DNA of 64,000 nucleotides from Promethearchaeota archaeon (lineage in GTDB: Archaea > Asgardarchaeota > Lokiarchaeia > Sigyniarchaeales > SOKP01), in NCBI GenBank assembly GCA_016839555.1, contig JAEOUA010000012.1, positions 1-64,000 on the forward strand. The letters run 5' to 3'. The notes under the pieces were generated by a model. That model was given only the letters and a program-made list of their open reading frames with translations. It was not told where the DNA came from and ran no database searches. Positions within the stretch are counted from its first letter, which is position 1. Every line of letters starts with the position of its first letter. Both the position numbers and the translations under genes were made by a program. Of the stretch, positions 59,662-64,000 are shown piece by piece.

Positions 59662-61263
59662 ATTTCAGATGAAAATTTAGAATTTTTTATAAAAGGAAAA
59701 AAACTCACAATAGAGAATCAATTCAATTTAGTTTTAGGAGATTTTTCGATTAATGAACTGGAACACTATAAAAAATATGAAACCTTTTCTACCTATGATG
59801 ATTTTAATCTAATCTCTATAAATCAATTGTCAAAATTTATCCAACTCATTAATAATTCCTATAATGAGATTGAGAAAGTTAATCATCTTTTAACCTTTTT
59901 AGAATCTTTTAAAACAATTTCTAGCAAGAATATTATCATATTAAACCATTTTAAAAATGCTTTAGATTCACTAAACTCTACTCTTAAATTTATATCTTTA
60001 AAAAATAAACTAAAGTCATTAAAGCGAGAATTAACATTTTCAGAAATCAAATATAAATCTAGTAAAATATCTGCAAACAGAAATCTTATAAAAAAATTAA
60101 AGCAAAGTATTGCGAAAAACAAAAAAGAATTAGATTCTATAAAGCAAGACTATTTTAATATTAGAAATCAGAGAAATGAGATATTAAAAGCAATAAATAA
60201 TTATCAAGGTAAAGTTGATGAATTGAATCAAGAAAAAAAGCTAAAATTCAACGAAATTAATGAAATAATTAGAACTACTGAAACACCTCCATTAAATAAT
60301 AAAAAAGAGTTTTTACTTGGTCTAGATTTATCAAATGATGAAAAAATGAAGAAATTAAAACAAGAGGCAAAAAGTATTAATAATGATATAAAAGATTTTA
60401 AATCTAAGATAGCTGATAAGAAAGGAAAATTGAGTGATATTGAACCAAAATTTCAAATCTATGAACAACAATATACTTCATCAAAAAATACTATTGAAAA
60501 AAATGAAACTCAGATAAATGAGATTCAAGCAGAAATGGAAAATCTCATACAACCAAAAGAAGAAATAGAATTTAATAATTCCAACGTGAAAGAATTTGAT
60601 ATGATTAGATCTCCTGAAATTCTTGAAGATGAAATTGATAAAATTAAAATGCAATTAGAAAAAGAAAAGAAATCTAATCAATTGCTTAATAAAAATATTA
60701 TATCCTGTTTAAATTCAATAGATAAGAATCTATCGCAAATATTATCACAAATAAACGAAAATGAAGGAAATCTGACATTTTCAATAGAACAAGAAATTTT
60801 ATCATCAACTATAAAGCAATTTCGAAGATTTGAATCATTGTTAACGAAAATAGAACAAATAATGAATTATTTATTGCGTGAAATAAATTTGAACTTGGAT
60901 TTGAAAATTGCTATTACAGAAGAAAGCAATGAATTTTTTCTACATCCCATATTTTCTCGAAACAAGGAGCAAAATTTAAAATTTGATGAATTAACTACTC
61001 CAGAAAAAATATTTTATGTGGTCGTGTTTTATATTGCTTTAATGATTATTTTAAATAATACATTGATCTTGTTTTCAAATTTATTTCTTCATCAAGACTA
61101 TAATAAACGAGGTTCTTTGTTTAGAACACTTAAAAAAATGATTCCAGCTATTAAAAGCAATAGCAAATTGAAAGATTTCAAATTTATTTTTGTAATTTCG
61201 AATCTTGAAATGAAAAAAAAAATTGATAATATAAATATAATTACATTTGAAAAGGGCTTATAA
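59662..61263 (+). CDS. Short SMC/Rad50-like coiled-coil protein with degenerate ABC-ATPase motifs (probable ATT start at 59662)
   Basis: N-terminal ENLEFF..GKKLTIENQFNLVLGDFS matches the SMC head start but lacks GxGKS. Long coiled coil. C-terminal FDELTTPEK (compare LSGGEK), LILFSNLF (degenerate Walker B), FKFIFVISN (compare QFIVITH). Confidence 0.65.
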   Translation: MSDENLEFFIKGKKLTIENQFNLVLGDFSINELEHYKKYETFSTYDDFNLISINQLSKFIQLINNSYNEIEKVNHLLTFLESFKTISSKNIIILNHFKNALDSLNSTLKFISLKNKLKSLKRELTFSEIKYKSSKISANRNLIKKLKQSIAKNKKELDSIKQDYFNIRNQRNEILKAINNYQGKVDELNQEKKLKFNEINEIIRTTETPPLNNKKEFLLGLDLSNDEKMKKLKQEAKSINNDIKDFKSKIADKKGKLSDIEPKFQIYEQQYTSSKNTIEKNETQINEIQAEMENLIQPKEEIEFNNSNVKEFDMIRSPEILEDEIDKIKMQLEKEKKSNQLLNKNIISCLNSIDKNLSQILSQINENEGNLTFSIEQEILSSTIKQFRRFESLLTKIEQIMNYLLREINLNLDLKIAITEESNEFFLHPIFSRNKEQNLKFDELTTPEKIFYVVVFYIALMIILNNTLILFSNLFLHQDYNKRGSLFRTLKKMIPAIKSNSKLKDFKFIFVISNLEMKKKIDNINIITFEKGL

Positions 61264-61265
61264 AA

Positions 61266-61775
61266 ATGGAAATAGATAATAGATTATATCAAAACACAGT
61301 AAGAAAAATAACAAGACTTATTCTTACAAATGAACAAAAAATGATACGAGAGGAAGACTTAATTAATATTTGTGAAGAATCCTTAGACTTTGATCAAATC
61401 ATTAATGAAATCTATAATAATTTGAAAAAAGTAGGATTAGAGTTAATAGTATCAACCTATCTCGAACAAAGATATTATATCTTAACTTCTGAAGGGATAG
61501 ATGATAATATTACTCCAAGTCAATATGGTACCTTAGCATTAATCCTTGCCTTAAGCAAAGAGGTTAATGATAATCTAAAATTAAGCGACGCAAAAAAGAT
61601 TTTCTCAAAAGTATGGAATGATGTTGAATTTTTAATTGAAAATGACTATATTCAAAAAATTTCGATTAACGATCTTGAAATCATCAAGATAACACCTCTC
61701 GGGAAAGCATTAATGAAAAACGTTATTCAAGATTTGAAATTAAAAAATTTACTCGAAGTGTTTAAAAAAGAATAA
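61266..61775 (+). CDS. Tandem winged-helix KITE-like protein (Nse1/ScpB/MksE type)
   Basis: FDQIINEIYNNLKKVGLELI....QRYYIL (WH-A) and VEFLIENDYIQK...IKITPLGKALM (WH-B); starts 2 nt after the SMC-like gene. Confidence 0.7.
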   Translation: MEIDNRLYQNTVRKITRLILTNEQKMIREEDLINICEESLDFDQIINEIYNNLKKVGLELIVSTYLEQRYYILTSEGIDDNITPSQYGTLALILALSKEVNDNLKLSDAKKIFSKVWNDVEFLIENDYIQKISINDLEIIKITPLGKALMKNVIQDLKLKNLLEVFKKE

Positions 61776-61803
61776 ATGAAAAATTAAAAATCAAAAAAAA
61801 TGC

Positions 61804-62217
61804 TTATTCTAAATCCATTTTAAATTGCTCAAAAATTTTTTTCACTCGCTCCGCGGAGGGCCCTGATCCCCTTACTCCATTCTCATCTACCACAATTTTC
61901 CCATTCAAAATAGATATTATACCCTGTTCTTCGTTATATTTTACATGCCCCTTCGAAAAAATGGTTGCAATTCTGTCTGCTAAAGCTACCATCGGAAATG
62001 GTTCCTCTTCTAAGGTAATATATTGATAATACTTTTCGCTGATTAAAACTTTTGGAAAGGATTGACCCTTTTCATTTTTTACGTCTGTAAGGATTAAGCT
62101 TGAATTATTCGAAACTCCTTTTAATTGCCCTACGAAATATCCATTGCTCACATGAACTTTAACGATTTGTTCCATAAATTTTGCTAATTCCGTGTTAAAC
62201 TCTCTTTCAATACTCAT
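61804..62217 (-). CDS. Lsm/Sm-like protein with C-terminal domain (SmAP3 type)
   Basis: N-terminal Sm1/Sm2 pattern (VKVHVSNG.FVGQLKGV...LILTDV); C-terminal GSGPSAERVKKIF. Confidence 0.82.
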   Translation of the reverse strand: MSIEREFNTELAKFMEQIVKVHVSNGYFVGQLKGVSNNSSLILTDVKNEKGQSFPKVLISEKYYQYITLEEEPFPMVALADRIATIFSKGHVKYNEEQGIISILNGKIVVDENGVRGSGPSAERVKKIFEQFKMDLE

Positions 62218-62256
62218 TATAACTCATCTTATTGTTAATTATACATATAATCTCTA

Positions 62257-62940
62257 TTAAATTTTATTTTCAGCTACTAAATAGTTGATAAACTCATCTA
62301 TATTTTCGCCCGTTTTTGCACTAGTTGTAAATATTTTAAGATTTGGATTAATCTCTTCAGCATCATGTATCATCTCATCAAGATTTACGTCTACTACATC
62401 AAGGAGATCTATCTTATTAATAACTGCAATATCAGACATTTTAAACAACAATGGATGCTTTTTAATAACCCATTCTCCTTCAGTAATAGAGACAACAACC
62501 ATACGGGTTTCCACTCCCAAAATAAAATCAGAAGGACAAATCAAATTACCTACATTTTCAATAAATACAATATCGAAGATCTTTAAATCAATATTATTGA
62601 TAACTTGTGAAATATGATAAGAATTTAAGGCACATTCACGAGCTGTATTTATCTGTATCGATTTTGCACCGCATTTTTCTATTCTATCTGCATCAATTCT
62701 TGTAGCAACATCCCCATTAATTACAAGTATTCTTTTTCCATTATCTTTATTTTGCCTAATTTTCTTGATTATTTCTTCTAAAAGAGATGTCTTACCAGCT
62801 CCAATAGCGCCAACAATATCAAAAGATTTTATATTATTTTGAATAAATGTTTTTCTGTTTTCTGCTGCTAAAAGATCATTATTCTTTATTAAATCTTCAT
62901 TTAATTCAATAATTCTTGAAAATCCTTCATTTTTCGGCAT
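62257..62940 (-). CDS. hypB: Hydrogenase nickel incorporation GTPase HypB
   Basis: GAIGAGKT, DADRI, QINT..EC, ENVGNLICP, SITEG, NKIDL, SAKTG. Confidence 0.92.
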   Translation of the reverse strand: MPKNEGFSRIIELNEDLIKNNDLLAAENRKTFIQNNIKSFDIVGAIGAGKTSLLEEIIKKIRQNKDNGKRILVINGDVATRIDADRIEKCGAKSIQINTARECALNSYHISQVINNIDLKIFDIVFIENVGNLICPSDFILGVETRMVVVSITEGEWVIKKHPLLFKMSDIAVINKIDLLDVVDVNLDEMIHDAEEINPNLKIFTTSAKTGENIDEFINYLVAENKI

Positions 62941-63082
62941 TTTATGACCTTCTAATTTTTAAGTAATGATCAATAAAATAATAGAGATTATTAAAAAATA
63001 AGATTGGTTCATTGATATTTTTTATGAATTTAGGTAAGAGAACAGAAAGTAATTTTTAGAAAATAAATAATATGAGTGATTA

Positions 63083-64000
63083 TTAGAAAATTAAGTTTTG
63101 ATATTTTACTTTAAATTTAAAGACAATATAAGAACCAAAAATACCCCCAAGATCTGGCAAGTAAATGACAAAATACAATAAGTCTTGATAGATTGCCCAA
63201 TACAGTAATGCGGGAACAAGTCTAAAAAGGATCAGTAATATGAGAATAATCCTACCTTTCATTCGAATTGGAATGAAAAACAATAAGAAGGTCATTTCTT
63301 GATTTAAAGAAGAAAATATCAGGAAACTAATAACGCCCATTAAGCCTCCATAAGCCATCCCACCAAAGATGAACGTGATTTTTATTGGATCATAATAAAA
63401 TAATTGAAGTGGCAAGAAAATGAGTGTAAAAAAGACGCCAGACATAAAGGCACAAAATAGATACAATCCAAATAAAAATCGACTTCCAAAGCGTAATTCC
63501 ATAATCTTTATGATATTATAAAACAATAACACTAAAATTAATAGAAAAAATATTCCAAAATACGATTCAGAATAGTTGATAAAAAGTGAGGTGAAAAAGG
63601 TCCATATATAATAGCTGAAATAACTGTAATAGCTCAAACACACATATTGAGGTATGATTAAGGCTACAATCGACATGATAAAAATTGTAAAAATTAAAAA
63701 AGTCGAGACGGAACCCATGGGTCGTTCTTCCATGGTTCTTTCAAATATATCTTGCGCTCTTTTTTGTTGTTTATCTTGTCGCCTTAAATATCTTTTTATT
63801 TTTTTTGGCTCTTCAGTAGACAAGAATTCATTTGCTTGCTGCTTCGGTCTTCTTGTACCTCTTGGAACGGTAGGAATGTGTTTTTTTTCAAAAGTACACT
63901 CGTGATTTTCAGGGAGCCTATGCTTTTTACAATAAATCCCTCCACAATATTTACATCTAAAGGGAAGATATCCCATTTCCTCTCCACAATATTCACAATG
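63083..64000 (-). CDS. AN1-type zinc finger fused to a rhomboid-family membrane domain (5' end outside the window)
   Basis: Frame is open to the window edge: HCEYCGEEMGYLPFRCKYCGGIYCKKHRLPENHEC, followed by ~6 TM helices with WTFFTSLF, ELRFGS, FFIPIRMK. Confidence 0.85.
   Translation of the reverse strand, partial: HCEYCGEEMGYLPFRCKYCGGIYCKKHRLPENHECTFEKKHIPTVPRGTRRPKQQANEFLSTEEPKKIKRYLRRQDKQQKRAQDIFERTMEERPMGSVSTFLIFTIFIMSIVALIIPQYVCLSYYSYFSYYIWTFFTSLFINYSESYFGIFFLLILVLLFYNIIKIMELRFGSRFLFGLYLFCAFMSGVFFTLIFLPLQLFYYDPIKITFIFGGMAYGGLMGVISFLIFSSLNQEMTFLLFFIPIRMKGRIILILLILFRLVPALLYWAIYQDLLYFVIYLPDLGGIFGSYIVFKFKVKYQNLIF

Noticed and set aside
52782-61775. Canonical Wadjet (JetABCD) or Smc-ScpAB call
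   Set aside because: The SMC-like protein is about half the normal length with no intact Walker motifs, no Toprim/JetD nuclease is recognisable, and the gene order differs.
2143-63996. Many short antisense or overlapping ORFs (e.g. 2143-2355, 4287-4502, 12239-12556, 20528-20950, 29383-29910, 32741-33382, 48559-48906, 57652-57996, 62285-62617, 63796-63996)
   Set aside because: They are shadows of well-supported genes on the other strand or frame and show no motifs of their own.

Overview
AT-rich archaeal chromosomal window, most likely from an Asgard (Lokiarchaeia-type) archaeon. The evidence is an archaeal information-processing core (rpoH-rpoB, TFE, PAN, MBF1, NAC, Cbf5, PolD DP1/DP2, Cdc6/Orc1, pelota, Elf1, archease, CarS), several eukaryotic signature proteins (gelsolin-domain protein, two Rab-like GTPases, a roadblock fusion, a longin protein), and a 23S rRNA 3' end with a ~180-nt expansion at the ES39 position. 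There are four tRNA genes, three with introns at non-canonical positions. The most notable results are: (1) a candidate actin/membrane module at ~45.9-50.0 kb, made of an unannotated 53-aa WH2-motif microprotein, a BAR-like helical protein and a coiled-coil/polyproline/actin-binding-helix protein of VASP/WAVE-like architecture; (2) an uncharacterised 8-gene cluster at 52.8-61.8 kb with winged-helix proteins, an AAA+ ATPase, a short SMC-like protein with degenerate ATPase motifs and a KITE-like protein; (3) three genes that appear to start at ATT codons; (4) an AN1 zinc finger fused to an apparently inactive rhomboid. All protein assignments come from motif recognition by eye; no database searches were run. 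No CRISPR array or mobile element was seen.
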